Below are positions 44,806 through 53,904 of a stretch of 64,000 nt of DNA, in pieces; position 1 is the stretch's first letter, and each line of letters begins with the position of its first letter. The stretch spans positions 320,001 through 384,000 of the forward strand of contig CAWDML010000007.1 in the NCBI GenBank assembly GCA_963803435.1, written 5' to 3'. Origin of the DNA: an uncultured delta proteobacterium. GTDB lineage: Bacteria; Myxococcota; Kuafuiibacteriia; Kuafuiibacteriales; Kuafuiibacteriaceae. Position numbers and translations under genes: made by a program. The notes beneath the pieces are model-generated. The model made no database searches. It was not told where the DNA came from and saw only the letters and a program-made list of their open reading frames with translations.

Positions 44806-45198
44806 ATGAAGGTCGATTCCCCATCCGATCTCGAGACCGCATTCGCTCGATGGAGGCGAAGCAAGCGCCACCTTCGCGAGGCGGTGCCCGAAGAGCTCTT
44901 GGAGCGGGGCCCGCAGGTCGATAGAGGTTCATGGAGCGAAGGCGGTGGTCCGTTCAACGAAGCTGGAGCGTTCGCGTCTTTTCGGGGCACGAAGGTCGAG
45001 GCTGTGGCGCGGAAGCGTCGTCGAGTGCGGTCGGAAGCGATCCCGTCGTCCTCTCGGTTCGAGCTGACAGCTCCTTCGACCTCGAGTGGTCCGCTCGTCG
45101 AGATCGAGACGCCGGCAGGCATGAAGGTCCGAATCTTCTCGGAGACGCCGGCAGCGCTGGCGCTGCTGTCATCGCTGTGCGGCGGAGGTTCGACATGA
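44806..45198 (+). CDS. IS66 TnpA-like accessory protein (degenerate)
   Basis: FARWRR..REAVPEEL...VEIETPAGMKVRI; ATGA overlap with tnpB. Confidence 0.7.
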   Translation: MKVDSPSDLETAFARWRRSKRHLREAVPEELLERGPQVDRGSWSEGGGPFNEAGAFASFRGTKVEAVARKRRRVRSEAIPSSSRFELTAPSTSSGPLVEIETPAGMKVRIFSETPAALALLSSLCGGGST

Positions 45199-45551
45199 TC
45201 CAGATCCCTGCGCAGGCGAAGGTCGTGGTGATGCACGAGTCCATCAGCTTCAGGAACGGCATCGATGGGCTGGCGGCGATCGCGCGTCGAGTGCTCGAGA
45301 AGGAGCCGATGGACGGGACGTTCTTCGTGTTCCGCAACAAAGGGTGGCAGATGCTGCGCATCCTCTTCTATGACGGCGGCGGTTTCTGGCTGTGCACGCG
45401 GCGTCTTTCGAAGGGGACGTTCTCGGCTTGGCCGGAGGGTGACGGGACCCAGCCGGGCTCGCCGTTGCTCGCTCGTGAGCTTCAAGTCCTGATCTGGGGT
45501 GGCGATCCGTCGACCTGTTCGTTTCCGGAGCTCTGGCGGAAGGTCGCGTAG
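45195..45551 (+). CDS. tnpB: IS66-family accessory protein TnpB
   Basis: ISFRNGIDGLAA...FFVFRNK...LRILFYDGGGFWLCTRRLSKGTF..WP. Confidence 0.9.
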   Translation: MIQIPAQAKVVVMHESISFRNGIDGLAAIARRVLEKEPMDGTFFVFRNKGWQMLRILFYDGGGFWLCTRRLSKGTFSAWPEGDGTQPGSPLLARELQVLIWGGDPSTCSFPELWRKVA

Positions 45552-45557
45552 GGGCGC

Positions 45558-46373
45558 TGTGCGTTCCGGAAACTCTGCTGCCGTTTTTCCAGAAATTCTG
45601 CTGCCGGTTGAGTTGTCCTGAACCTCCTCGACGAGGTCGTCTTCGGGCAAGTGTTTCGTTCTCACCGACGGGCCGTCGAGGCGCAACAAGCGTCCTCGTT
45701 CAAGAATCCGGTCGACGATTGCTTCGGCCAAGTCCTCATCGTGAAGCGCCACGCCCCAACGTTTCGGATGCTTGTTCGTCGTGAAGAGCATCGATCGGCG
45801 CCGAATGTGGCGGTCATTCACGACGTGATAGAGCACGTTGGCAGCGTCGTCGCTGCACGCGAGGTAGCCGACCTCATCGACTACAAGGACGTTCGGCTTT
45901 AGGTACTTGGCGATTGCGTCCTGCAGACGCCCCGAGCGACTCGCCGAGGAGAGGTGATCGATGAGCTCAGCGGCCGTGGTGAACAACGCATCGAAGCCGT
46001 TCTGCAAGGCGCGATACGCGATGGCGATCGCCAGATGGGTCTTTCCTCGACCCGGCTTGCCTTCGAGGATCACCGAGCGGCCTTCGGTGACGAAGTCGGG
46101 TGCGAGCAGAGAGCCGATCGTGGTGAGACGAAGCGCCGACTGATACGAGAAGTCGAACTCCTCGATCGTGCGTAAGAAGGGGAACGCGGCCGTGCGGGTG
46201 GCCCGCATCAGCCTCGTGCCCCGGCGGTGCGCGATCTCCTCCGCGAAGAGCGTCTCCAGGAGCTGCCCATGCGACCACTGCTCCTTCTCGGCGCGCTCAA
46301 CCAGCGCTCGCCAAACGCGACGTGCATTGGCCAGGTGAAGACGTCTGAGAAACACGTCGAGGTCGGTCGTCAT
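45558..46373 (-). CDS. istB: IS21 helper ATPase IstB (frame reads through the element end to 44799)
   Basis: EFDFSYQ, GKPGRGKTHLA, LVVDEVGY, AIVDRILE. Confidence 0.93.
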
Positions 46374-47782
46374 CGCGCACCTCGGCGCGCCGCGTTCGCT
46401 AGGATCCCGCGACGTACTCCGGCGACAGAGAGACGCCCCTCCTCGACGGCCTGGGTGATGGCGGAGCGCAGGAGGTCGTCTCCATATTGCTCGAGCAACT
46501 CGTACAGCTCCTCGACACGCCGGTGTGAAAGCTTGGGATCTTGGTGAGTGATCTCTGTGAGCAACGCGAGCGCCGCAGGACCAAGGTTGAGGATCTGTTG
46601 GCGCTTCTCGTATAGCTTGGCGCGCTTCCCATGAACCGCGGCGATCTTGGCCGCACGATGCTCAGGTAACGGCGAAGGTGGCTCGCCGGTCTTTCGTCGA
46701 CGATGCTCGCACTCGAAGCGGCCTGCGACGATGCGAACCTGGTCCTCGTACAAGAAGAGCGTCCCCGCTACGTGGGTCGCCCCAGGAGGCATCGAGTACG
46801 CGACGCCCTCGAACATGACCTCGGCCGTGGGTCCAACGAAGATGGGCATGCGCAAGGCGAGCGTTTCCGGAAACACCTTGATGGGTCGAAGACGGGCGAG
46901 CTCCTCCTGACGCCGGATTTCCGGAATCACGCCCGTCGCTCGCGAGGGTGTCTTCGTGTTGACCTCGAGATGCCAGGCATCGAGCTGCGTCCGCAGGTCC
47001 TCCATGTCTTGGAACTTGCGGTGCTTGAAGAACGAGCTTTTCACCCAACCGACGAGCCGCTCCACGGACCCCTTCTGGTTGCCGCTCCTCGGGGCGCACA
47101 TCTCGACGCCGACGCCGATGTCGACGATGGCTTGAGCAAAGGTGGCGTTGAACTCCTCGACGTCACGACCTCTGCCCGCCTTTTTGACGATGGTACGCGG
47201 TCGATCGAAGACCGCCATCAACGGCAGGCCCCCGAACGCCACGAAGTCCCGAGCGAGACAGCGAACGATCGTCTCGACACGCTCGTCCTCAACGAGGGTG
47301 ACTCGCGCAAACCGCGAATACTTCAGGCGGGAGGCGAAGAAGTGGATCCGCTGCTTGCGACCATCGACGAACTTCACGTCGACGTGACCGAAGTCGTGCT
47401 GCGAGAACTCGCCCGGCAGGCCTTCGAAGCGCACGACCGGAGTCGCCTTCGGGGGCCTGAGACCCGCGACCAAAGCGTAGAACGCAGTCTTGCTTCCGCC
47501 ATATCCCGAGTCCTTCCCCCGCCGGAGAAGCTCCTGCGTGGGCAGCCTCGGATCCTCCACGAGCCAAGCCCTCACCTTGTCCGCGAACGGCGCCGCCTTC
47601 GAGGGTCGGCCGATCTTCCGCTCCGCTCGCAAGGCGCGGTCATCCGTCTGCTCGACATCGGCCTCGCGTCGAACCCGTCTCACCGTGTCGATTGAAGTGC
47701 CGCTGCGCTCGGCGACGTCTCGGGTCGAGAAGCCCGCCTTGAGAAGCACCTGGATCTCGTGGCGTTTGAGGAGCGGGATCAT
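46370..47782 (-). CDS. istA: IS21 transposase IstA
   Basis: VRFEGLPGEFSQHDFG, FASRLKYSRF, VFDRP, KGSVERLVGWVK. Confidence 0.94.
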   Translation of the reverse strand: MIPLLKRHEIQVLLKAGFSTRDVAERSGTSIDTVRRVRREADVEQTDDRALRAERKIGRPSKAAPFADKVRAWLVEDPRLPTQELLRRGKDSGYGGSKTAFYALVAGLRPPKATPVVRFEGLPGEFSQHDFGHVDVKFVDGRKQRIHFFASRLKYSRFARVTLVEDERVETIVRCLARDFVAFGGLPLMAVFDRPRTIVKKAGRGRDVEEFNATFAQAIVDIGVGVEMCAPRSGNQKGSVERLVGWVKSSFFKHRKFQDMEDLRTQLDAWHLEVNTKTPSRATGVIPEIRRQEELARLRPIKVFPETLALRMPIFVGPTAEVMFEGVAYSMPPGATHVAGTLFLYEDQVRIVAGRFECEHRRRKTGEPPSPLPEHRAAKIAAVHGKRAKLYEKRQQILNLGPAALALLTEITHQDPKLSHRRVEELYELLEQYGDDLLRSAITQAVEEGRLSVAGVRRGILANAARRGAR

Positions 47783-48539
47783 GTCCCCGTTCCCGTATCC
47801 GCTCGAACCCCGAATCGGCATCAGCGCTCCCATGATGGCCAAGATCAACGCGTGAATCATCCTGCTCGCTCCTTTCGCTTCGAAGCAGCAGAATTTCCGG
47901 AACGGGAGGCAGCAGAATTTCCGGAACCATCAGGCGCTGGTCACGACATCACCGAGTTCGGCGGGAGATGGCGGGTCAGCGGTCCCCTCGTTGGCTCTCG
48001 ATCGAAACTGATCCGGATCGCACGGGACGAACGATCGATCTGATTCCCCTACACCTGTCGCGCCGCGGCCCCACGGCCTTGCGGCACGAGCTCACACGGA
48101 GCACGCAGATCCAGCGGTTGGATGGCGAAAACCGGCCTCGCCCACACTTGCCGGAACAGTAGGTTCATGTTGGACGAGACAGCGAACGAGAACTGGTACT
48201 CACGACGAGCGCACGCCGTCACCCGGCCACTCCGCTCCTTGGGTTTCCGGACCACCGCGAGCGCGGCCGCCGGCTCGCCGAGGCGGCGGGCATGCCGGCC
48301 CACCGGCGCAGCCATCAGGTCGACGCCAGCCGGCGCATCCGCCACGGGTTGATCACGCTCGACTCCTCCGACTGGCGGCGCCCCGTCATCCGCCCCGGCC
48401 GCGTCTCTTCGAGCCCGCTGTCGCCGCCGAACCCGGTCCATCCGGCCCCTCGCACCTGGTCGACGACCTGACGCTGCCCCCGCACCGCGTGCTCGAGCCC
48501 GAGCCCGAAGAGCAGCTGCAGACGCTGGCGTGTTGAGAC

Positions 48540-49436
48540 CTACGCCCAGAAGGGCGCGCCGGCCGAACCGCTGAACCGCGCCTCGTGGAGCGGGCGGAGC
48601 TGGCGCTCGAGCACGCTGCGATGCGCGCGCTCGGGGACGACGGTGACGCCGCCGAGCGAGGCGCCGAGGAGGGCGCGGCGGCAGGTCTCCTCCTCGCGGA
48701 GGGTGAGCGCCCGGTCGCCGTCCCAGCCGGTGGCGCGCGCGCGGAGGGCGGCGGCCAGCACCGATGCGACGCGAAGCTCGACGTAGTGCGCCTGGCCGGG
48801 CGTCTTGATCCACAGTGGATAGTCGGCGCCGGTCAGTCGCATGCGCGCGCCGCGGAGCTTGGTCTTGGCGCGGAGTCGGACCGCCAGCAGGCGGTACGGA
48901 TCGTCCTCGGCTTCGCTCGCCGACAGGGGCGGGCGGTCGGCGAGGCGACCGTCGAGGCGCTCGAGGAAGAGGCGGGGCGCGAGGCGCGTCCAGAACTCGG
49001 CCTCCTCGAGCGCGCTCAGATCGTCGGTCACGCGCACCCGGATCATCGGGTCGGCTCGGTAGGCCGCGAAGGCGGGGTCGGTGAGGATGAGGCCGTCGAG
49101 CGCGCGCAAGGCGGCCAGCTTGTGGTTGCCATCCTGCGCCACCGCGAAACGGCCCGCGGGTCCCAGGACGGCGTGGATGGCGTCGTCGGCGAGCAGCTCG
49201 AAGAAGCGGACCGGCACGTCGAGCGGCCAGGCCTCGAGCCGCGCGATCATCGCGTCGAGCTTGGCGCGCACGTGGTGAAAGGACAGGCGGGTCTGGCCAA
49301 TCCGGACGGCCGAAGCCGGCGCCCGGAGCGAGCCGGAGACCGCCTCGAGGCGCCCGGGGTCGCAGCGGTGATGGTCGCTGGCACGGATGAGGCGTCGGAG
49401 GTCGTCAGACATCGTGTCGGCGGCATCATGCGGCAA
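48540..49436 (-). CDS. ParB-like nuclease-domain protein (ParBc_2 type)
   Basis: VRIGQTRLSF...HAVLGPAGRFAVAQDGNHKLAAL...EFWTRL...EDDPYRLLA. Confidence 0.7.
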   Translation of the reverse strand: MPHDAADTMSDDLRRLIRASDHHRCDPGRLEAVSGSLRAPASAVRIGQTRLSFHHVRAKLDAMIARLEAWPLDVPVRFFELLADDAIHAVLGPAGRFAVAQDGNHKLAALRALDGLILTDPAFAAYRADPMIRVRVTDDLSALEEAEFWTRLAPRLFLERLDGRLADRPPLSASEAEDDPYRLLAVRLRAKTKLRGARMRLTGADYPLWIKTPGQAHYVELRVASVLAAALRARATGWDGDRALTLREEETCRRALLGASLGGVTVVPERAHRSVLERQLRPLHEARFSGSAGAPFWA

Positions 49437-49547
49437 CGCAGGCTAGCCTGCATTCACCGCTGGAGCGCTTTCGCGAGATTTCACGCCAGCGTCACCGAGG
49501 GGTCGCTGGGCTGATCCCGGCCTCCTGCACTGTCCCCTGGCCTACCC

Positions 49548-50603
49548 TTGAACATCGACTTCCACTTCGCTGTCACCTTCATCAGCGCCCGGTGTGCAGG
49601 GTTCGAAGCGCAGGAAGCGGAGGTCATCGCACACGCGGCCCAGTACGTGGACGACGCCACCAACGATGGCCTGGTCCGGTTCGACAACGGCGCGCTCTAC
49701 AGCCGCGCCACCACTGCCCACCGCATGCTCGACTACAAGAACTTCGCCGAGCTGTCGGGCCAGCGGGTGTGGATCCCGTTTCACTTCCTCCCCTCGGGCA
49801 CCAACGCCTCCGACCACTTCATCGACAAGCTGTTGACCCGCCCCAACAGCGAGGTGGCGCAGGCGATGGTGCGGGCCTCCATCGCCGACGCCGAGCGCCC
49901 GTACGGCCTCCATCGGCTCGGCATCACCGCCCACGTCTTCGTGGACACCTGGGCCCACCAAGGCTTCGCGGGCGTCAACCACGCGATCAACCAGGTCCAC
50001 GAGGTGCGCCGCGAAGGGCGTGTCGACCCGCGCTTCCACGACAAGCTCTCGCGCTTTTTCAACGGCTTCGTGCAGCAGCGCCTCCCGCCGCTCGGTCACG
50101 GCGCCGCGCTCTCGTATCCTGATCGACCGTACCTGCGCTGGTCGTACACGAACGGGCGCGGCGAGGAGGTGCACCGCGACAATCCTCGCGACTTCACCGA
50201 GGCCGCCGACGAGCTCTGCCGGCTGTTCCGCCGCTACCGCCTGCGCGATCCGTTCGCCGACGTCGAGGGCCTGCCCACCCGCACGCGAGCGACCATCGCC
50301 AAGCTGTTCGAGACCCTCGTGCAGCCCGACGAGCAGGAGCGACTCGGCCGCTGGCTCGCCGCCCTCCGCGACGACCTCTTCCACGTCGGCGCCGCCAACC
50401 TCCACTACACCGACAAGGGCGCCGGCTCGTGGAAGCACGCCGCCCTGGGCACGCTGGAGGCGAACGATCCCGCCGGGAAGCTCTTCCCGTACTCCACCCG
50501 GTTCCTCTCCAGCGACTGGAAGCGCTTCCACGACGCGGCCAAGGCCCACCGGCGCGCCTTGGTGGACGACGTGCTGCCGGAGTTCGGGATCGTGGTCGCC
50601 TGA
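49548..50603 (+). CDS. DUF6765-family protein (possible Zn-dependent PLC/P1-like fold)
   Basis: MNIDFHF..T..SARCAGF..AEVIAHAAQYVDDA; WIPFHFLP; LGITAHVFVDTWAHQGF. Confidence 0.8.
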   Translation: MNIDFHFAVTFISARCAGFEAQEAEVIAHAAQYVDDATNDGLVRFDNGALYSRATTAHRMLDYKNFAELSGQRVWIPFHFLPSGTNASDHFIDKLLTRPNSEVAQAMVRASIADAERPYGLHRLGITAHVFVDTWAHQGFAGVNHAINQVHEVRREGRVDPRFHDKLSRFFNGFVQQRLPPLGHGAALSYPDRPYLRWSYTNGRGEEVHRDNPRDFTEAADELCRLFRRYRLRDPFADVEGLPTRTRATIAKLFETLVQPDEQERLGRWLAALRDDLFHVGAANLHYTDKGAGSWKHAALGTLEANDPAGKLFPYSTRFLSSDWKRFHDAAKAHRRALVDDVLPEFGIVVA

Positions 50604-50619
50604 CGGATCTCTCTGCGGC

Positions 50620-51082
50620 GCGTCAGAACGGCGAGGTCGCCAGCTGGACGCGGACGCCGCGAGGGACCCGGCCAGGCTCGAAATCGAGGCCCAATCGAGA
50701 ACGTTGGCCTGGACGAGCGAGCGGACCTGTGCGTAGTCGGCAATCGCGTCCGACTCGACGACGTGCTCGGTCACCACAAAGCTGCTGGTGCCGTTCAATC
50801 GAGGGCTCCGTCCAGCTGATGACCGGTCGGTCCTCGGTCGGCGAAGGGGTGACCGTGACGGGCCCGGGGTAGCGGAGGACGTCGGTCGTGAGGTCGAGGT
50901 GGACCGTCCCTTGGCTCGCCGAGCGGGCGGTCAACTGGCTGACCTCTCCTCCGGCCCCGTACAGGTAGCCCTGGTAGGCGACGCCGTCGCCGAAGGTCTG
51001 GCGATGGAAGGTGACCGTGCCGACGGTGTAGGGGTCGTAGATCGCGCCGTGCGAGGTGAAACGGGACTGGAACCGGTAGTCG
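50620..51082 (-). pseudogene. Fragments of an unknown beta-rich surface protein
   Basis: Coding-like pieces (YRFQSRFTSHGAIYDPYTVG...RPVISWTEP) with no start, broken by a frame change. Confidence 0.4.
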
Positions 51083-51270
51083 TTGGTCGAGATCTACCGC
51101 CGGATCGGACGCACGCTCGGCGAAGAGGCCTCCGCGTGCATGATGATGGCGCTCGCCGCCAATCCGCAGAACAAGCACGGCAAGCACCGCTACGAGCTGC
51201 GCGACTTCGGATTGGACCCGCGCGCCGTCGAGCCGCGCTTCGCCGCTCATCGTGCACGAACGGCAGCTCG
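51083..51270 (+). pseudogene. Sulfotransferase-family C-terminal fragment
   Basis: VEIYRRIG...NPQNKHGKHRYELRDFGLD...RFAAHR. Confidence 0.6.
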
Positions 51271-51289
51271 CCACGCAGCGACCTGCTCG

Positions 51290-52290
51290 GGCTCGATGGA
51301 GTCGCTGTCGAGCACGCGATCAGCGGCCGTTGCTCGTTCCACGCGCCCGGCTCGACCACGTCGCACTCCGTCTGATCGGTGGCGGACCAGGTCTGGGTGA
51401 CGAGCTCGGCGGCGGTCGGCAGCCCGAACCGATCGAGCACGCCGCTCGGTGAGACCGCGAGCGAGGGCGTCAGATCGTAGATCTGACAGGTGTCGCCGGA
51501 GGCGCACGGGCCCGCGCCGGTCGACGGGCCCCAGCCGCGATGGCGGTGCTCGAGCTCCGCCCAGTCCGTAATGACGTCGAAGAGCGCCTGGCCGGAGGCG
51601 TCCGCGACGGTACTGACGGCGTCCGGCACCGCGCCGAGGAGATCGCCGAGCTCGGCGTCCGTCACGACCGACTCCACGATCGCGTTGGCCGCCGTGCCGC
51701 CCACGAGCACGGTGTCGCCGTTCGTGACCAGCGAGGCGTTCATCACCACGTTGCTCTGGCCGATGAACCAGATCGCGGGGCCGGCGGAGCCGAGCGAGAC
51801 GACGTCGATGAGCCGGTTGTTCGGCGAGTCCATGCGGAAGCCCACCTGCGAGGTGTTGAAGAGGCGCACGCGCTGGATCGTGTGCGCGCCCTCGTTCGGG
51901 CTGGCGCTGCCGCCGACGTTCACGCCGGAGGTCACGCCGTCCTGGAAGTTCGCGAGGACCGCGTCCGCCACGATGTTGCGCGAGCCGAAGAGCGAGGCGC
52001 CGTCCGACGGGAACGCGCCGACGCCCGACGCCACCACGCTCCGGAGCTCGTTGTTCCGGCCCCAGCTGAGGAAACCGCTCTGCACTCCGGTGCAGGAGAC
52101 GTCTTCGACGACGTTGAACGAGGTGCCCTCACGCAGGAAGACGCACTCTGAGCCGGAGTCGATGGAGAGGCCGCGGAGCCGGTTCCGGGTGGCGGCGAGA
52201 TCGAGGCGCATGGCGCAGTCGGAGACCGAGCTCACGGTGACGTCTTCGACGCGGTTGTCGTCTCCGAGGACGACGACGCCGGCGTTGACG
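51290..52290 (-). pseudogene. Right-handed parallel beta-helix protein fragment
   Basis: NRVEDVTV, NRLRGLSI, NVVEDVSC, NELRSVVA, NIVADAVL repeats; no start codon. Confidence 0.65.
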
Positions 52291-52603
52291 CGAGCGCCTT
52301 CGCCAGCCCCTCGTCGCCGAGGTGCCGCGCGAGACCGGCGCGGTGATGCTCCACGCAGTACGCGCAACCGTTGAGCATGGAGACCACGACACCGGCGAGC
52401 TCCCGTTCCCGCGGCGACAGCCCGCAGGGCCGCCGGTGAAGCACGGCCTTGTAGAGCGCGAGATGTCCTTCGAGCGTCGCGGGCCGAAGCGAATGGGCGA
52501 CCAGGATCCGATCCACGTGACCGTCGGGTGCCTTCACTCGACGGTAGAGCGCCTCGAGTCTGCCGGTGGCGGCGTGCGGGTCGATGGTCCGGATCCACGT
52601 CAT
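52290..52603 (-). pseudogene. AhpD/carboxymuconolactone decarboxylase-like peroxidase, 5' half
   Basis: MTWIRTI...AHSLRP...LSPRERELAGVVVSMLNGCAYCVEHH; truncated by the beta-helix fragment. Confidence 0.8.
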
Positions 52604-52667
52604 GCGGCGCACTCTACTGCGCTTCGACGGCAGGTTCCTACGATCGTCCCGCGCTGAGCGGGAGAGG

Positions 52668-52925
52668 TCAGCGCGCGTCGCCGTGGGTCACCGACTCATC
52701 GAAAGCGGGCGGCGGAGCGCCCACCTTCTCGGCCAGCGCCGACAGGTGCTGCCTCTGCGAGCCGGTGTACCCGAACACGAGCCGCTGAAGCGCGCGAAAG
52801 AGCGCCGGTCTCACGACGCCGTCCTCGGTGAGCGTCAGTCGCGTGGACTTGCCGCCGTCGGCGGCGGACCGGCAGCGTCGAGCCCCAGCCGAGCAGCGCC
52901 ACGGCCACGATCACCAGCACGCATG
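52668..52925 (-). pseudogene. SRPBCC-like protein with internal deletion
   Basis: N-terminal LVIVAVALLGWGSTLP joined out of frame to TRLTLTEDGVVRPALFRALQRLVFGY. Confidence 0.5.
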
Positions 52926-52929
52926 TGCG

Positions 52930-53444
52930 AGGCGGACGCGGGCACCGTGGAGGCGAGATCGCTCGACCTCGCCGGCTATCAGCTGCGCAACGCGGAGAAC
53001 GCGGCGCAGGTCGCCACCATCCCCAGCGGAACCGTGATGCTCCCGGGCGACGTCCTCGTCATCGCGCGCGACACCACCCGCGCCGAGTTCGAGACGGAGT
53101 GGGGCGTCGCGCTCGCCTCGAGCGTCCCCTACTTCTCGACGGGGGCCGGCAACTCCGGTGCCCCGATCATCAACGGCGGCGACCGCTGGTCGGTGGTGCG
53201 GCCGGACGGCGTGGTGGTCGACGGTCCGACTCTGGCGGGCGAGGCCGGCCACAGCTATCGGCGTATCGCCGGCGACGATCCGGCGCTCGCCACCAGCGGG
53301 CTCGACGCCGCCCACACCGAGGCGTCGCCGGGCACCACGCTCTCGTCTCCCGCCCGCCTCGGCCTCGTGATCTCCGGCTGGTCCGACCGAAGCGGGAACG
53401 GTCGCTATGTCTTCGAGTTCGTCGAGCTATGGTACGACCCGTGA
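52930..53444 (+). pseudogene. Lamin-tail-domain-like protein, 3' fragment
   Basis: LDLAGYQL...IPSGTVMLPGDVLVIAR...INGGD...VVDG...YVFEFVELW; no clear start. Confidence 0.55.
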
Positions 53445-53489
53445 GCGGATATCGGGCGGTCGCAACGTTCCGTCCGTGACAACTCTGGA

Positions 53490-53840
53490 TCATCGGCGGC
53501 TGCGCAGATCGATGATCCCCTTGGCGCGGCCGCGGAGAACGCGGAGCAGCTCGTCGAGGAGCGCGGCGTCGCCGAGCGCGGTGAATCCGCGGCCCGGCGT
53601 GCTCGTGTGTCCTTCGAGCAGATCCTCGAACACGTCCGCGCGCAGATAGACCGAGAGATCGGCGGTCGTCGGGACGTCGGTCGGCACCACGGTGCACGCG
53701 CTCGAGGCGATCGACACTATCCACGCGCCCACGTCCGGGATCTCGAAGCTGATCGTTCCCGAGCGCATCGTGCTCTTCGCGTCGTCGAGCATGACGGGGA
53801 GCTGCAGGGCGAAGAACCTTCGGATCATTTCGTGGTCCAT
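53490..53840 (-). CDS. SCP2 sterol-binding-domain-like protein
   Basis: GTISFEIPDVGAWIV...ADLSVYL..DVFEDLLEG...LGDAALL. Confidence 0.6.
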   Translation of the reverse strand: MDHEMIRRFFALQLPVMLDDAKSTMRSGTISFEIPDVGAWIVSIASSACTVVPTDVPTTADLSVYLRADVFEDLLEGHTSTPGRGFTALGDAALLDELLRVLRGRAKGIIDLRSRR

Positions 53841-53904
53841 CGATCGTGTCGTAGCACGAGATGTCACACACCGTCGCGCACCTCGCTGCCGATGACCGCA
53901 CACA

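Larger units (their letters stand above)
45558..47932 (-). mobile_element. IS21-family element, 2375 bp, 5-bp target duplication GGCGC
   Basis: TG...CA ends; repeated TTCC(G/A)GAAA(T/C)TCTGCTGC motifs at both ends; GGCGC at 45553-45557 and 47933-47937. Confidence 0.95.
44720..48162 (+). mobile_element. IS66-like element (tnpA-tnpB, tnpC missing) interrupted by IS21
   Basis: 15-bp terminal IR CTACTGTTCCGGCAA at 44720-44734 and its complement at 48148-48162. Confidence 0.7.

Noticed and set aside
44799-45557. Novel C-terminal domain on a 524-aa IstB
   Set aside because: The extension is read-through into the antisense strand of IS66 tnpB/tnpA beyond the IS21 end
48165-48535. Possible small gene or ncRNA between the IS end and the ParB-like gene
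   Set aside because: No convincing ORF, motif or stable structure recognised
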